Positions 16,847 through 27,250 of a stretch of DNA of 27,654 nt are shown piece after piece. How positions within the stretch are numbered: the stretch's first letter is position 1; every line of letters begins with the position of its first letter. Origin of the DNA: a bacterium (GTDB lineage: Bacteria; Cyanobacteriota; Vampirovibrionia; Gastranaerophilales; JBAXKC01); assembly GCA_037137535.1 (NCBI GenBank), contig JBAXKC010000032.1, positions 1-27,654 of the forward strand. Direction: 5' to 3'. Position numbers and translations under genes: made by a program. The notes below the pieces were generated by a model. It made no database searches, had not been told where the DNA came from, and was given only the letters and a program-made list of their open reading frames with translations.

Positions 16847-18046
16847 CTAAATCGAACCATTCTGAAATAACTCTTCAAGTATTTTCATATCAACAACACC
16901 ATCAACGGTACCGTCTTTTTTATCTAAATCATTAATTATTTTACTTGCAGCAGGGGCATCAAGTTTATATTTATTGCCGAACAACTTTACAGCTTCTTGA
17001 TATTCTTTATTTTTTTGATCAATTACAAGAACTTCATCAGGTTGTGTCATATGAGTATCATTATTAAGTAAATCTCTTAAATAAACAGCATCTTTATTTT
17101 GAGAAGTTAAAACATTTTTTCCGGGTGGGGTTATTCCAACACCGCTGATATTATTATGATTATAATTAGCTAAATAATCGTCAGTCTTAGAATTTTGACC
17201 GATAAATCTTGAAAAAGTATTGAGGGCATCCTTATCACCTTCGTTCACATATTCGGGAGACTGTGAAACGGTTGTCAATACAGGGTGAATATCCTTATCT
17301 TTTAACGTGCCGACAAAATTCCCAAATTTTGATTGTAACTCTTGCTTATTAGGTTTTACAGCAAAATTATCAAAAGTATCATTTCCGCTATTGGAGAAAT
17401 AATCTTGATCAATATCAACTATTATTTCATTTTTATTTGAATTATTTTTAAAAGACGGTAATTCATTTGCAGTTACTTTATGAAAAGGAACAGAACTATA
17501 TTTTTTAGGATCATAATCTTTTGGTTTTTCAAATGACATAGTTTTATTACTATTATCTACATATATAGTATCTTCTTTAGGGCCTGAAACATAAGGTCCT
17601 TCTTTGTTTCTTGCCGAATTATTAATAGTTAATGATTGATTAGAATTTCTTGTTTCATCTGGAACTACCCAATAAACATCATTAACAGTGCCATTATCAA
17701 CCATTTTATTAATATAATTACCAATATTCTCTCGAGTATCAGACTTATCATTATTATAAAGGTCAGAGTGAGAATCAAAATGAATTAATGTTTTTGGTTT
17801 GTTATCAATTAATCCATTAGCTTTTGCAACATCGACAACATCCAAAACCTGATTATGATTACGCATTAAATCAAAAACAGAGTTTGAGAAAACATTTTTC
17901 ATATCCTTTGTATAGGCAGGCTTGGAATTATTTTGAGAGTCAAAAAAAATATTTTTATCTGTTTGCTTAAAATCACCACTAGGAACGTCAATTTGTTTAT
18001 CGCCTCTTCTATAAACCAAATCTTTTACTATGTCTATACTTCCCAT
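16847..18046 (-). CDS. UPF0489 family (arginase/deacetylase fold) protein, paralogue 2
   Basis: NHNQ, LIHFDSHSDL, ENIGNYI, VYWVVP, IVDIDQDYFS, SQSPEY; start at ATG 18046 with AAGGTGGG RBS. Confidence 0.8.
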   Translation of the reverse strand: MGSIDIVKDLVYRRGDKQIDVPSGDFKQTDKNIFFDSQNNSKPAYTKDMKNVFSNSVFDLMRNHNQVLDVVDVAKANGLIDNKPKTLIHFDSHSDLYNNDKSDTRENIGNYINKMVDNGTVNDVYWVVPDETRNSNQSLTINNSARNKEGPYVSGPKEDTIYVDNSNKTMSFEKPKDYDPKKYSSVPFHKVTANELPSFKNNSNKNEIIVDIDQDYFSNSGNDTFDNFAVKPNKQELQSKFGNFVGTLKDKDIHPVLTTVSQSPEYVNEGDKDALNTFSRFIGQNSKTDDYLANYNHNNISGVGITPPGKNVLTSQNKDAVYLRDLLNNDTHMTQPDEVLVIDQKNKEYQEAVKLFGNKYKLDAPAASKIINDLDKKDGTVDGVVDMKILEELFQNGSI

Positions 18047-18093
18047 AAATACACCCACCTTATTACTTTAACGATAAGTTTCTGATTTTTAAA

Positions 18094-19281
18094 CTAAATC
18101 AAACCAGCCTGAACAAGCTCTTCAAATCTTTTCATATTAACAACGCCATCTAAATTACCATCTAGCTTATCCAGATTATTCAGAATCTTAGAAACATTAG
18201 CGTTATTGATTTTGTATTTTTTAGCTAAATACTCTACAGCTTGTTTATATTCAGGATTTTTCTCATTAAGAACTATAACTCCATCAGGGTCTTTTGTATG
18301 GGAATCAATATTTGATAAGTCATAAGAATACATATATTCGGGCTTTTGAGTTCTTAAAATATTTTTACCTTTACTTTTTTCATCTAGTCCATAAAGATTA
18401 TCATGTCTATATCCGATTAATAAGTCGTCAGTTTTAGAGTTTTTCCCAATTTCCTCAAAAAAGTTAGTCATAGCAGGCTGAGAATCGGGAGAAGTATACT
18501 CTGGAGATAAGGCAGCCGTAGTAAGAACAGGTTGAATTCCTTTATTGTTTAAAGTCGTTACAAACTTATCCAACTTATTTTGTAACTCTTGCTTATTAGG
18601 GTTGAAACTCAAATGACCTGATGTATCTGAACCTGAATTAGCAAAATAATCTGCATCAATATCAAGCAATAAGTTTTTATCGCCATTGAAAGACGGAAGT
18701 TCATTTAACAAGCGCTTATGAAAAGCTACTTCTCTGTAATTAGCCTTTTGTTTTTCATAATTATCAGGCTTTTGGAAAGTCATTTCATTAGTTTTTTTAT
18801 CAACATAAATAGTTTCATCTTTAGGCCCGGATACAAGAGCAACAGATTTATCAATATTCGGATTCCAAATATCTCCTGCTCCTCCTTTTGATTCGTCAGG
18901 TGCAACCCAATAAACTTCTTTTACAGAACCATCTGCAACAAAACGATTAACATAATTTGCAATATTTTCGTCTTTATAGTCTTTTCTATAAATATCCGAA
19001 TGAGTATCTACATGTATTAATGTCTTTGGTTCATTATTTATTAACCCATTCTTTTTAGCTTCATCAAAAGCATCTAAGGTTTGATTATGATTAGGAAATG
19101 AATCAAATACAGAATTAGAAAAAATGTTTTTCAAATTACTGGTATAAGCTGGTTTATTTTCATTATCCGGCTTTCCAAAAAATATTTTCTTATCAACAGA
19201 ATTGAAATTACCATCTACCATAACCTTATAATCATCACCTTTTTTTATCATTACAGGACTATTAATACCAATATTACCCAT
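18094..19281 (-). CDS. UPF0489 family (arginase/deacetylase fold) protein, paralogue 1
   Basis: NHNQ, LIHVDTHSDI, ENIANYV, VYWVAP, LLDIDADYFA, ALSPEY; GAGGG RBS. Confidence 0.8.
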   Translation of the reverse strand: MGNIGINSPVMIKKGDDYKVMVDGNFNSVDKKIFFGKPDNENKPAYTSNLKNIFSNSVFDSFPNHNQTLDAFDEAKKNGLINNEPKTLIHVDTHSDIYRKDYKDENIANYVNRFVADGSVKEVYWVAPDESKGGAGDIWNPNIDKSVALVSGPKDETIYVDKKTNEMTFQKPDNYEKQKANYREVAFHKRLLNELPSFNGDKNLLLDIDADYFANSGSDTSGHLSFNPNKQELQNKLDKFVTTLNNKGIQPVLTTAALSPEYTSPDSQPAMTNFFEEIGKNSKTDDLLIGYRHDNLYGLDEKSKGKNILRTQKPEYMYSYDLSNIDSHTKDPDGVIVLNEKNPEYKQAVEYLAKKYKINNANVSKILNNLDKLDGNLDGVVNMKRFEELVQAGLI

Positions 19282-19435
19282 ATTACCCTCTACGTCATAC
19301 TAAATATATACTGTATATATAAAAACAGAGTCGGCGCAAAAATTGCTTATATAAACTTACACATCTTAACAAAACTTTGATTTTGTGATATCAATATATT
19401 AAACAAATACATTGAACAAATAATCGGATACTAAA

Positions 19436-20440
19436 ATGGATATAAAACAAAATTTTATTGACATAGAAAATACTTTTTTAAGTAAATTTGCCACGAAAAG
19501 CAATAATTCTAAAGGGCGAAACAAACCGGAAAAGCCCTGTGCTATAAGAACAGAGTTTCAAAGGGATAGGGATAGAATTTTACATAATAAAGCTTTCAGA
19601 CGCCTTAAACACAAAACACAGGTATTTATTTCACCTGCCAAAGATCATTACAGAACAAGAATTACACATACACTCGAAGTTTCACAAATAGCAAGAACTA
19701 TTGCACGAGCATTGAGGTTAAACGAAGATTTAACAGAAGCAATTGCTTTAGGGCATGACTTAGGTCATACACCTTTTGGTCACACTGGCGAAGAAGTATT
19801 AAATACGCTATTACCCAATGGTTTTAGGCACAATGAACAAAGTGTAAGAATTGTTACTATTCTTGACGACTTAAACTTATGTGCAGAAACCTTAGACGGT
19901 ATCTTAAACCATACAGGAGCAATAAAACCCTACACTTTAGAGGGGCAAATAGTTAAGATTGCCGATAGGATTGCTTATTTAAACCATGATATTGACGATG
20001 GCATACGAGCAGGAATTATCAGCGAAGAAAAACTTCCCCATGACATTCTTGCAGTATTTGGCGACACTAAAAGTGAACGAATAACCTCAATGGTAACAGA
20101 TATGGTTATAAACAGCATGAACCAAAACGAAATTAAAATGTCAAAACCATTTCATGAGGCATTAATAGAATTAAGAAGCTGGATGTTTAAAAATGTTTAT
20201 GTAGGTTCAATGGCAAAAAATGAAGAACACAAAGCAAAAAAAATCATCACTGAACTTTACTATTATTTTATTGAACATTATGACGAAATATTTTACAAAA
20301 CTAAAAGTATTTCAGACACAAAAGAAAGAGTTGTAGCTGACTATATTGCAGGGATGACCGACAGATTCGCCATACAGACCTATGTAGAAAAATTTGTACC
20401 TACATCATGGGAAGGAAGCTTTAAGCAATCTATTTTATAA
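19436..20440 (+). CDS. dgt: deoxyguanosinetriphosphate triphosphohydrolase (dGTPase)
   Basis: RTEFQRDRDRILH, FRRLKHKTQVF, RTRITHTLEV, GHDLGHTPFGH, DYIAGMTDRFA. Confidence 0.96.
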   Translation: MDIKQNFIDIENTFLSKFATKSNNSKGRNKPEKPCAIRTEFQRDRDRILHNKAFRRLKHKTQVFISPAKDHYRTRITHTLEVSQIARTIARALRLNEDLTEAIALGHDLGHTPFGHTGEEVLNTLLPNGFRHNEQSVRIVTILDDLNLCAETLDGILNHTGAIKPYTLEGQIVKIADRIAYLNHDIDDGIRAGIISEEKLPHDILAVFGDTKSERITSMVTDMVINSMNQNEIKMSKPFHEALIELRSWMFKNVYVGSMAKNEEHKAKKIITELYYYFIEHYDEIFYKTKSISDTKERVVADYIAGMTDRFAIQTYVEKFVPTSWEGSFKQSIL

Positions 20441-20443
20441 TAG

Positions 20444-20452
20444 TGTTATAAT
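20444..20452 (+). promoter_or_regulatory. extended -10 internal promoter for dnaG-rpoD
   Basis: TGtTATAAT 36 nt upstream of the dnaG ATG. Confidence 0.55.
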
Positions 20453-20488
20453 ATCATTATTGCGTGGGGAAAAGGTCTTTAATCAGCT

Positions 20489-22402
20489 ATGTCAAACATA
20501 ACACCATATAATACTTATAATGATGCAGTTACTGAGATAAAAAACAGACTTAATGTAGTGGAAACAATCTCAGAACATATCATTTTAAAGAAAAAAGGCA
20601 GAAACTTTTGGGGTTTATGTCCATTTCACAATGAAAAATCTCCTTCTTTCTCTGTTAATGAAGAAAAAGGGATTTTTAAATGCTTTGGATGTGGAGCAGG
20701 TGGCGATTCTATAAGTTTTTTAATGAAATTAAACGCACAATCTTTTCATGAAGTAATTGTAGATTTAGCTCACAAATTTAATATTGTTCTACCAAGCCAC
20801 GCTCATTCCACCGAAAAAACAGAAATTAAAAAACAATTATTTGAAATAAACGAACAAGTTACAGAATTCTATAAAGAAATACTTAAAACTTCACCATTAG
20901 GGGAAAAAGCAAGAGAATATCTAAAAAACAGAGGAATAACCGAGGAAACCATAGAAAACTTCTCTATTGGTTATGCTCCTAATGATTTTGAAGCAATAAT
21001 CAAAAAATTTGATAAAAAATATTCTTTAAAATTGCTTGAAACAGCGGGATTAGTAATTCAGAAAGAAAATTCAAGTAAATATTACGACAGGTTTAGAGAT
21101 CGTATAATAGTACCGATAAAAGACGAATTCGGCAATTATATAGCTTTTGGAGCAAGAACTCTAAATAATAATCAAAATCCAAAATACCTAAACTCACCGG
21201 ATACGCCTGTTTTTAATAAAAGTAAAAACTTATTCGGGCTATATCAGGCAAAAGATTTTATAAAATTTAACGATTCCGTTATTTTTACAGAAGGCTATTT
21301 TGACGTTATTGCCCTGCATACAGCAGGAATAAATCACGCAGTAGCAACTCTTGGCACAGCGATTACCGAGCAGCACATAAAACTTGTATCCAAATACACG
21401 AAAAGCAGAAAACTCTATCTTGCGTTTGATAACGATAATGCAGGGGTAAGTGCGGCTAATCGTGGAGCTGAAATAATAAAATCAGCATTTCAAGGGCTGG
21501 GCGAAATTAAACAATTTGATGAAAGCTATAAACCGACTCTTGCAGGCGATACAAAAATAGCCTGTGAAATAAGAATCATTTCTTCCCCACAAGGAAAAGA
21601 TCCCGATGAAATAATAAGAAACGAAGGCGCTTTAGCCTTTGAAAAACTAATTAAAAATGCTCCTTTACTTATTGACTACCAAATAAATAAAGCGATAGCA
21701 AACATAGAAGAAGATCTTTCTCCGCAAGATAAATTCCATAAAACATCTGAAATAATTCCAATTCTTGCCGAAGTTAAAAATTCAATTATTAGAGATGAGT
21801 ATATTTCTATAGTTTCAGAGAAATTAGGTGTAAAGCAAGACACTCTATCGGAAGAGGTTAAGAAACTGTTACAATCTGAAACTCCAGTTAAAAAGCCACT
21901 CTTGCCAGTGCCACAACAGAAAAAACTGGAAAAACATGTTTTGGCGCAAAAAAACTTGTTGAGTTTTTACTTTATTTATAATGAAAATCTTCCTATTTTA
22001 TGTATTAATAATTATTTAAAGGAGGCAGTTTTTACAGAACCGATTTTTATTCTTCTTAAAGAGAAAATCGAGAAGATAATAAGCGAAAACGAAGATTTGA
22101 ATGATATAAGCGAAATGTTACTGTCAGAACTTAATGACAACAATGAAGCAAAAGCGTTAGTCGCAGATATTATTTTCTCATTAGATGATAAAAAATGTCT
22201 TGATGAAAAACAAAGCAAACAATACATTGAAGAAAGTATTCTATGCATTAAGCAATATCTGGAATATAAAGAACACAAGAACCTAAAGGATAGTTATCAT
22301 ACAGCCTCAGATGAGTTGAGTGCACTTCAGATTCAATACAAAGTGAGGGAAATGATAAAGTCCAGCAGGCAAAGATTGGAGAAAGTTAATGACCAAACGT
22401 AG
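20489..22402 (+). CDS. dnaG: DNA primase
   Basis: [20 protein letters not shown] zinc finger, DRFRDRI, PKYLNSP, EGYFDV, FDNDNAG, KDPDE. Confidence 0.98.
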   Translation: MSNITPYNTYNDAVTEIKNRLNVVETISEHIILKKKGRNFWGLCPFHNEKSPSFSVNEEKGIFKCFGCGAGGDSISFLMKLNAQSFHEVIVDLAHKFNIVLPSHAHSTEKTEIKKQLFEINEQVTEFYKEILKTSPLGEKAREYLKNRGITEETIENFSIGYAPNDFEAIIKKFDKKYSLKLLETAGLVIQKENSSKYYDRFRDRIIVPIKDEFGNYIAFGARTLNNNQNPKYLNSPDTPVFNKSKNLFGLYQAKDFIKFNDSVIFTEGYFDVIALHTAGINHAVATLGTAITEQHIKLVSKYTKSRKLYLAFDNDNAGVSAANRGAEIIKSAFQGLGEIKQFDESYKPTLAGDTKIACEIRIISSPQGKDPDEIIRNEGALAFEKLIKNAPLLIDYQINKAIANIEEDLSPQDKFHKTSEIIPILAEVKNSIIRDEYISIVSEKLGVKQDTLSEEVKKLLQSETPVKKPLLPVPQQKKLEKHVLAQKNLLSFYFIYNENLPILCINNYLKEAVFTEPIFILLKEKIEKIISENEDLNDISEMLLSELNDNNEAKALVADIIFSLDDKKCLDEKQSKQYIEESILCIKQYLEYKEHKNLKDSYHTASDELSALQIQYKVREMIKSSRQRLEKVNDQT

Positions 22403-23483
22403 AAGAAGCAGTAGTGACAAAATGATAGATATGTTAGACGATTCAGAAGTATACGGTAAGTCTGGTGGAAATACCGAAATTGACGAAATTCTTAAAGATG
22501 ATGATAATAGCGGCGACGATGTAAGCAGCTTATTCTCAAGAGCGGCTACTGCTGTAGGAGTTATTGACGCTGATGCAGTCGGAATAATAAAGGATGATAC
22601 AGAAGAAGCAGATGAAATAGACTTAACCCCTCCAAGAGGTGTTGCTGTTGATGATCCTGTAAGAATGTATCTAAGAGAAATCGGTCGTATACATCTTTTA
22701 ACAGCTGATGAAGAAATTGATCTTGCAAGAAAAATTATTCAAGGCGGAAAAGTTGGCGAAATCGCTAAAAGAAAATTAGTTCAAGCAAACTTAAGACTTG
22801 TTGTCAGTATTGCTAAAAAATACGTTGGACGTGGAATGTTGTTCCTTGACTTAATCCAAGAAGGAAATTTAGGATTAATCAGAGCAGCTGAAAAATTTGA
22901 CCACGAAAGAGGTTATAAATTCAGTACTTATGCAACATGGTGGATTAGACAAGCTATTACAAGAGCTATCGCTGATCAGGCAAGAACCATAAGAATTCCT
23001 GTTCACATGGTTGAAACAATTAACAAGCTTAAAAAAGTAACAAGAAAACTTGCTCAAGATTTAAGCAGAAAACCAAGTGAAGAAGAACTTGCTGAAGCAA
23101 TGGCAATCTCCATTAACAAATTAAGAGAAATCATTAAAGTTGCTCAAGAGCCTCTTTCCCTAGAAACACCGATCGGAAAAGAAGAAGACAGCAGACTTGG
23201 CGATTTCATCGAAGATAAAGATGCTGATGCTCCTGCTATGACAGTTGCTCACGAGCTTTTAAGAGAAGATCTTGCAGAAGTTTTAAGCAGTCTTTCTCCT
23301 AGAGAAAGAGATGTTTTAAGACTAAGATTCGGTATGGATGACGGTAGACAAAGAACACTCGAAGAAGTTGGTCAACTCTTCGGTGTTACAAGAGAAAGAA
23401 TCAGACAAATCGAAGCTAAAGCTCTTAGAAAACTTCGTCACCCTAACAGAAGCAAAAGACTAAAAGAATATATCGAAGGATAA
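22389..23483 (+). CDS. rpoD: primary RNA polymerase sigma-70 factor (SigA)
   Basis: [77 protein letters not shown]; overlaps dnaG by 14 nt. Confidence 0.98.
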   Translation: MTKRRRSSSDKMIDMLDDSEVYGKSGGNTEIDEILKDDDNSGDDVSSLFSRAATAVGVIDADAVGIIKDDTEEADEIDLTPPRGVAVDDPVRMYLREIGRIHLLTADEEIDLARKIIQGGKVGEIAKRKLVQANLRLVVSIAKKYVGRGMLFLDLIQEGNLGLIRAAEKFDHERGYKFSTYATWWIRQAITRAIADQARTIRIPVHMVETINKLKKVTRKLAQDLSRKPSEEELAEAMAISINKLREIIKVAQEPLSLETPIGKEEDSRLGDFIEDKDADAPAMTVAHELLREDLAEVLSSLSPRERDVLRLRFGMDDGRQRTLEEVGQLFGVTRERIRQIEAKALRKLRHPNRSKRLKEYIEG

Positions 23484-23499
23484 ACACAAAATCTAATAT

Positions 23500-23535
23500 A
23501 AAAAATGGTTACTTTTAAGAAGTAACCATTTTTTT
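23500..23535. terminator. bidirectional intrinsic terminator
   Basis: AAAAAATGGTTACTT-TTAAG-AAGTAACCATTTTTT between convergent rpoD and GGDEF genes. Confidence 0.9.
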
Positions 23536-23557
23536 ATTATTAAAAGTTTTTTTTAGA

Positions 23558-24436
23558 TTAAAAATCCATATTTATTTGAGAGAACTTAACAACTCTGTTT
23601 TTGCCTTTCTTTTTGGCATTATAAAGCGCATGCTCAGCGTATCTGATTAACGTATGAGTACTGTCTGCAACTTCTACGCTGAAAGGGAAACTGGAAATAC
23701 CGCAACTGATACTTACAGGATGTCTTTCATCTTCACCTTCAGGAATAAATTGCATATCAGCCACATCTTTTCTAATTCTATCAGCAAGAATATGAGCGTT
23801 TTGCTCATCAGTATTAGGAAGAATTAACATATATTCTTCATCACCATATCTGGTTAAAATATCTTCTTTTCGGATGTGAGTTTTCATAATTTCAGCTATT
23901 TTTATAAGAAGTTTATCGCCCCAATCATATCCGTACATATCATTTATAACTTTAAAGAAATCTATATCAAACAATAAGCATGTAACAGAAATATCATATC
24001 TTTTTGCTCTTGATAACTCTTCTTCAAGCCTTTGATGAAGATAAGTTCTATTATATAATCCCGTTAATTCATCAGTTGTGGAAACAATTTTTACTTCTTC
24101 TTTTAACTCTTTAATTTTAATAAGATTTTTAGCTCTTAATTCAAATTCGCCTTCTCTAGCAGGTACTATAATATAATCATAGGCAATAGATCTGACAGTT
24201 AAATCAGAGCAAATTCTATCATTTAGAATTAAAACCGGTGAATCAAATTTATTTCTTTGAACTAAATTTTTTGCGAATTCTTCTTCAATTTCGATTATTG
24301 TCAAACAAACTTTTGCAGAGTCAGTGTCAATGTAATCTTCAGGCTTTCTATAAGTAAGTTCAATATCATCAAAAAGTTTTAACTCTTTTTCAAATTTAGA
24401 AACATTACTTTCTGAAATAATTAATATCTTTTTCAT
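23558..24436 (-). CDS. pseudo-receiver + GGDEF domain protein (degenerate GDEEY site)
   Basis: TDELTGLYNR, DIDFFKVIND, RKED I-site, RYGDEEY, ALYNAKKKGKNRV; N-terminal REC-like domain (KKILII..AYDYIIVP). Confidence 0.9.
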   Translation of the reverse strand: MKKILIISESNVSKFEKELKLFDDIELTYRKPEDYIDTDSAKVCLTIIEIEEEFAKNLVQRNKFDSPVLILNDRICSDLTVRSIAYDYIIVPAREGEFELRAKNLIKIKELKEEVKIVSTTDELTGLYNRTYLHQRLEEELSRAKRYDISVTCLLFDIDFFKVINDMYGYDWGDKLLIKIAEIMKTHIRKEDILTRYGDEEYMLILPNTDEQNAHILADRIRKDVADMQFIPEGEDERHPVSISCGISSFPFSVEVADSTHTLIRYAEHALYNAKKKGKNRVVKFSQINMDF

Positions 24437-24519
24437 AAGTACCTTCTCATCTATGTACTAACTAATTAATTTATTCTATCAAATTTTTTATAACTTTGCA
24501 CGTTATATAAAAAATATAT

Positions 24520-25413
24520 TTATTTTGTATGCTGACTTAGAAAAATTAATAATTTTGACTTAAACGAATTGATCTCAGAATTAGTATTAGATGTATAAAA
24601 ATACAACTCAGAAGTTTTAAGTTTATCTTTAACATATTTAGTTATTAAAGGGGTGATTTCTTTTTCTTTAGTGGAACTTAGCAATAAAATATTTCTATTT
24701 TTAAGCATTGATAAATTTTTTGTACTATCAAAGTTTTGCCATATTGGTAAATATTGAAAAAATCTGATATTCACTTCTTTTACTTGCGGATATTTGCTTA
24801 ATTTAGCCGTCTTAGAGATTTCTATAATAATATCTCTAACTGAAGTAAAAGGATTTTGAAGAATAACAGCTTTAACAGGATTAATATTCGCTAAATTTAA
24901 AGCAATTGAGGAACCGATATAATCACCATATACGATGATATTTTTAGCTTTTTGTTTCTCTTTTAAATATTTATATGCGGTAATTGAATCTTCATAGAGT
25001 TTTTCTTGAGACGGACTTCCCGTACTCTTACCAAATCCTCTATAATCAAGAGCCATCAGACCATAGCCATTTGAAACCAAAGAGCTTATAACCTTTTGAT
25101 AATTAGAAATATTTCCTTCCGTTTTATAAAAATATAAAATAGTCGGGCGGTTTTTATTTGGCTTAAAATACCAACCATACAAAGACTGCTTATCTTTTGT
25201 TTTAATTTTAACTTCAGAATATTTATTCTTTAATTCAGGTAACAGACTTTGATAGGCAATAGCAGGTTTATATAACAAATAATTTTCTAGTCCGCTAAAG
25301 TGTATAAAACATGGAAGAACTACAAAATACGAAAAAGCAAAAAGGAAAATATACTCAAAAATAATGAGTATAAAAGGTTTTTTCTTTTTTTTTGAATAAT
25401 AAAACTCTGACAT
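24520..25413 (-). CDS. membrane-anchored alpha/beta hydrolase-fold protein (Bem46/YfhR-like), probably non-catalytic
   Basis: N-terminal hydrophobic helix; LYGWY, DYRGFGKSTGSPS..LYED, AVILQNPFTS; nucleophile elbow reads GDYIG. Confidence 0.85.
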   Translation of the reverse strand: MSEFYYSKKKKKPFILIIFEYIFLFAFSYFVVLPCFIHFSGLENYLLYKPAIAYQSLLPELKNKYSEVKIKTKDKQSLYGWYFKPNKNRPTILYFYKTEGNISNYQKVISSLVSNGYGLMALDYRGFGKSTGSPSQEKLYEDSITAYKYLKEKQKAKNIIVYGDYIGSSIALNLANINPVKAVILQNPFTSVRDIIIEISKTAKLSKYPQVKEVNIRFFQYLPIWQNFDSTKNLSMLKNRNILLLSSTKEKEITPLITKYVKDKLKTSELYFYTSNTNSEINSFKSKLLIFLSQHTK

Positions 25414-25436
25414 TTAATTTTGCTCCGAATTAAACA

Positions 25437-25468
25437 ATAGAGAAGCAGATTAATTTCTGCTTCCCTAT
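25437..25468 (-). terminator. probable terminator after the nfnA-like gene
   Basis: Minus strand ATAGGGAAGCAGA-AATTAA-TCTGCTTCTCTAT (one G-U pair) followed by TGTTT. Confidence 0.7.
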
Positions 25469-25486
25469 ATTTTAATATATATAAAA

Positions 25487-26344
25487 CTATACTTTTGAAA
25501 TATTATCAGCCATTTTTAACATATTACAGTTGGCATCTCTTGATTTTTCCTGCTCAACATCTCTATAAATTTTAATGCGGTTATTAACCTCATCAAAATC
25601 AACAAGATGTCCATCAAAATCAGGGCCATCAACGCAAGCAAACTTAACTTCATTACCGACGGTAACTCTGCAAGCTCCACACATGCCTGTTCCATCAACC
25701 ATAATAGGATTCATACTTACAACAGTATCAATTTTTGACTCTCTGGTTAAATCAGCGACAGCTTTCATCATAGGCATAGGGCCAACTGCTATAACATGGT
25801 CAATTTGTTCACGATCCATAAGTTCTTGTAAAACTTCAGTTACAAGGGCTTTTCTACCTAAACTGCCGTCATCGGTAGTAATAAACAATTCAGTAGAAGC
25901 ATCTTTCATTTTATCATGCCAGAAAGTAAGATCGCCTCTTCTTGCACCCATAATCATATAAACTTTATTTCCCGCATCTTTAAAGGCTTTAGCTATAAGA
26001 TAGCAAGGAGCTGCACCATAGCCACCGGCTACGCATACAACTGTTCCATAATTTTTTATATGAGTAGGAACACCTAAAGGTCCGACCAAATCACAAATTT
26101 CATCGCCTTGATTGAGTAATGCAAGTTTTTTTGTTGTAAAACCAACCGCCATAAATACAATGGTTAACTCACCTTTATCTTTGTTAATATCAGCAATTGT
26201 TAAAGGAACTCTTTCGCCGTCTTCATCAACTCTAAGTATAATAAATTGACCTGCTTTTCCTCTTCTGGTAACAAATGGGGCATCAACAACTATTTCAAAT
26301 AAGTTTTCGCCAAGTTCTTTTTTCGATAAAATTTTATATCCCAC
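25487..26344 (-). CDS. FAD/NAD-binding 2Fe-2S subunit, NfnA/SudB (PyrK-like) family
   Basis: AGQFIILRV, ERVPLTIAD, VGPLG, VAGGYG, MNPIMVDGTGMCGACRV, FACVDGPDFDG. Confidence 0.92.
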   Translation of the reverse strand: MGYKILSKKELGENLFEIVVDAPFVTRRGKAGQFIILRVDEDGERVPLTIADINKDKGELTIVFMAVGFTTKKLALLNQGDEICDLVGPLGVPTHIKNYGTVVCVAGGYGAAPCYLIAKAFKDAGNKVYMIMGARRGDLTFWHDKMKDASTELFITTDDGSLGRKALVTEVLQELMDREQIDHVIAVGPMPMMKAVADLTRESKIDTVVSMNPIMVDGTGMCGACRVTVGNEVKFACVDGPDFDGHLVDFDEVNNRIKIYRDVEQEKSRDANCNMLKMADNISKV

Positions 26345-26444
26345 GATTCACTCCAAGTTTATGTGTTATAACATTTAAAATCATTAAATAAATTTAAATA
26401 AGATTGTACTAATTGTCAACTTTTGTACTGTACCCCATAAACAT

Positions 26445-26476
26445 TCAAAAAACAAGGAATAATCCTTGTTTTTTGA
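26445..26476 (-). terminator. intrinsic terminator of rpaB
   Basis: TCAAAAAACAAGGA-ATAA-TCCTTGTTTTTTGA perfect 14-bp inverted repeat 21 nt after the stop. Confidence 0.85.
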
Positions 26477-26497
26477 GTTTATTCTATTTAGTTAAAG

Positions 26498-27250
26498 TTA
26501 GGTAATTCTTTGAAACATATAGCCTATACCACGAGCTGTAAGTATAAGTTCAGGGTTTGCAGGATCACCTTCAAGCTTTGAACGTAATCTGCTGATATGA
26601 ACATCAACTACTCTGGTATCAATTCTATGATCCGCAGGATATGCCCAAACATACTGAAGAATTTCATTTCTTGAGAATGCTTGACCAGAATTGCTGACTA
26701 ATAATTCAAGTAAGCTGAATTCCATACCTGTTAATCTGATACGTTCATTTTTTCTGAATACTTGTCTTCTGCTGGTATCAATTCTAATACTACCGGTTGT
26801 AATTACATTTTTAGTAACTTTTCCGCCAACGCCAACAGCTTCTCTTGACATTGTTCTTCTAAGAACAGCTTTTACCCTAGCTTCAAGCTCTTTTGGACTA
26901 AATGGCTTAATAACATAATCATCAGCACCAAGCTCAAGCCCTGTAATTCTTTCGGATACATCACCGAGAGCTGTTAAAATAATTATTGGTGTTTCAGAAT
27001 TTTTTCTGATCTCTTTTGTAACGCCATAGCCATCTAACTTAGGCATCATTACATCGAGGATAACAAGGTCAGGATTGAACTTTGAGAAGACCTCTACAGC
27101 TTCTTCTCCATCTGCAGCAGTTGCAACTTCATATCCTACCATTTTCAATCTTGTTTCGAGAATTCTTCTTATACTGGCTTCATCATCAACAACCAATATT
27201 TTTTCATTGTCATGACCATCTGAGTGAAGATCCATGTTTTGTTGTGCCAT
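26498..27250 (-). CDS. rpaB: OmpR-family response regulator, RpaB/Ycf27 orthologue
   Basis: EKILVVDDEASIRRILETRL, RITGLELGADDY, ERIRLTGMEFSLLELLVS, DTRVVDVHISRLR, PELILTARG.GY.FQRI match cyanobacterial/plastid RpaB as I recall it. Confidence 0.88.
   Translation of the reverse strand: MAQQNMDLHSDGHDNEKILVVDDEASIRRILETRLKMVGYEVATAADGEEAVEVFSKFNPDLVILDVMMPKLDGYGVTKEIRKNSETPIIILTALGDVSERITGLELGADDYVIKPFSPKELEARVKAVLRRTMSREAVGVGGKVTKNVITTGSIRIDTSRRQVFRKNERIRLTGMEFSLLELLVSNSGQAFSRNEILQYVWAYPADHRIDTRVVDVHISRLRSKLEGDPANPELILTARGIGYMFQRIT

Noticed and set aside
19328-19354. Second sigma-28 promoter for the UPF0489 pair (GCCGACTC, minus strand)
   Set aside because: Only GCCGA matches and the -35 at the right spacing (TTATATAA) is poor.
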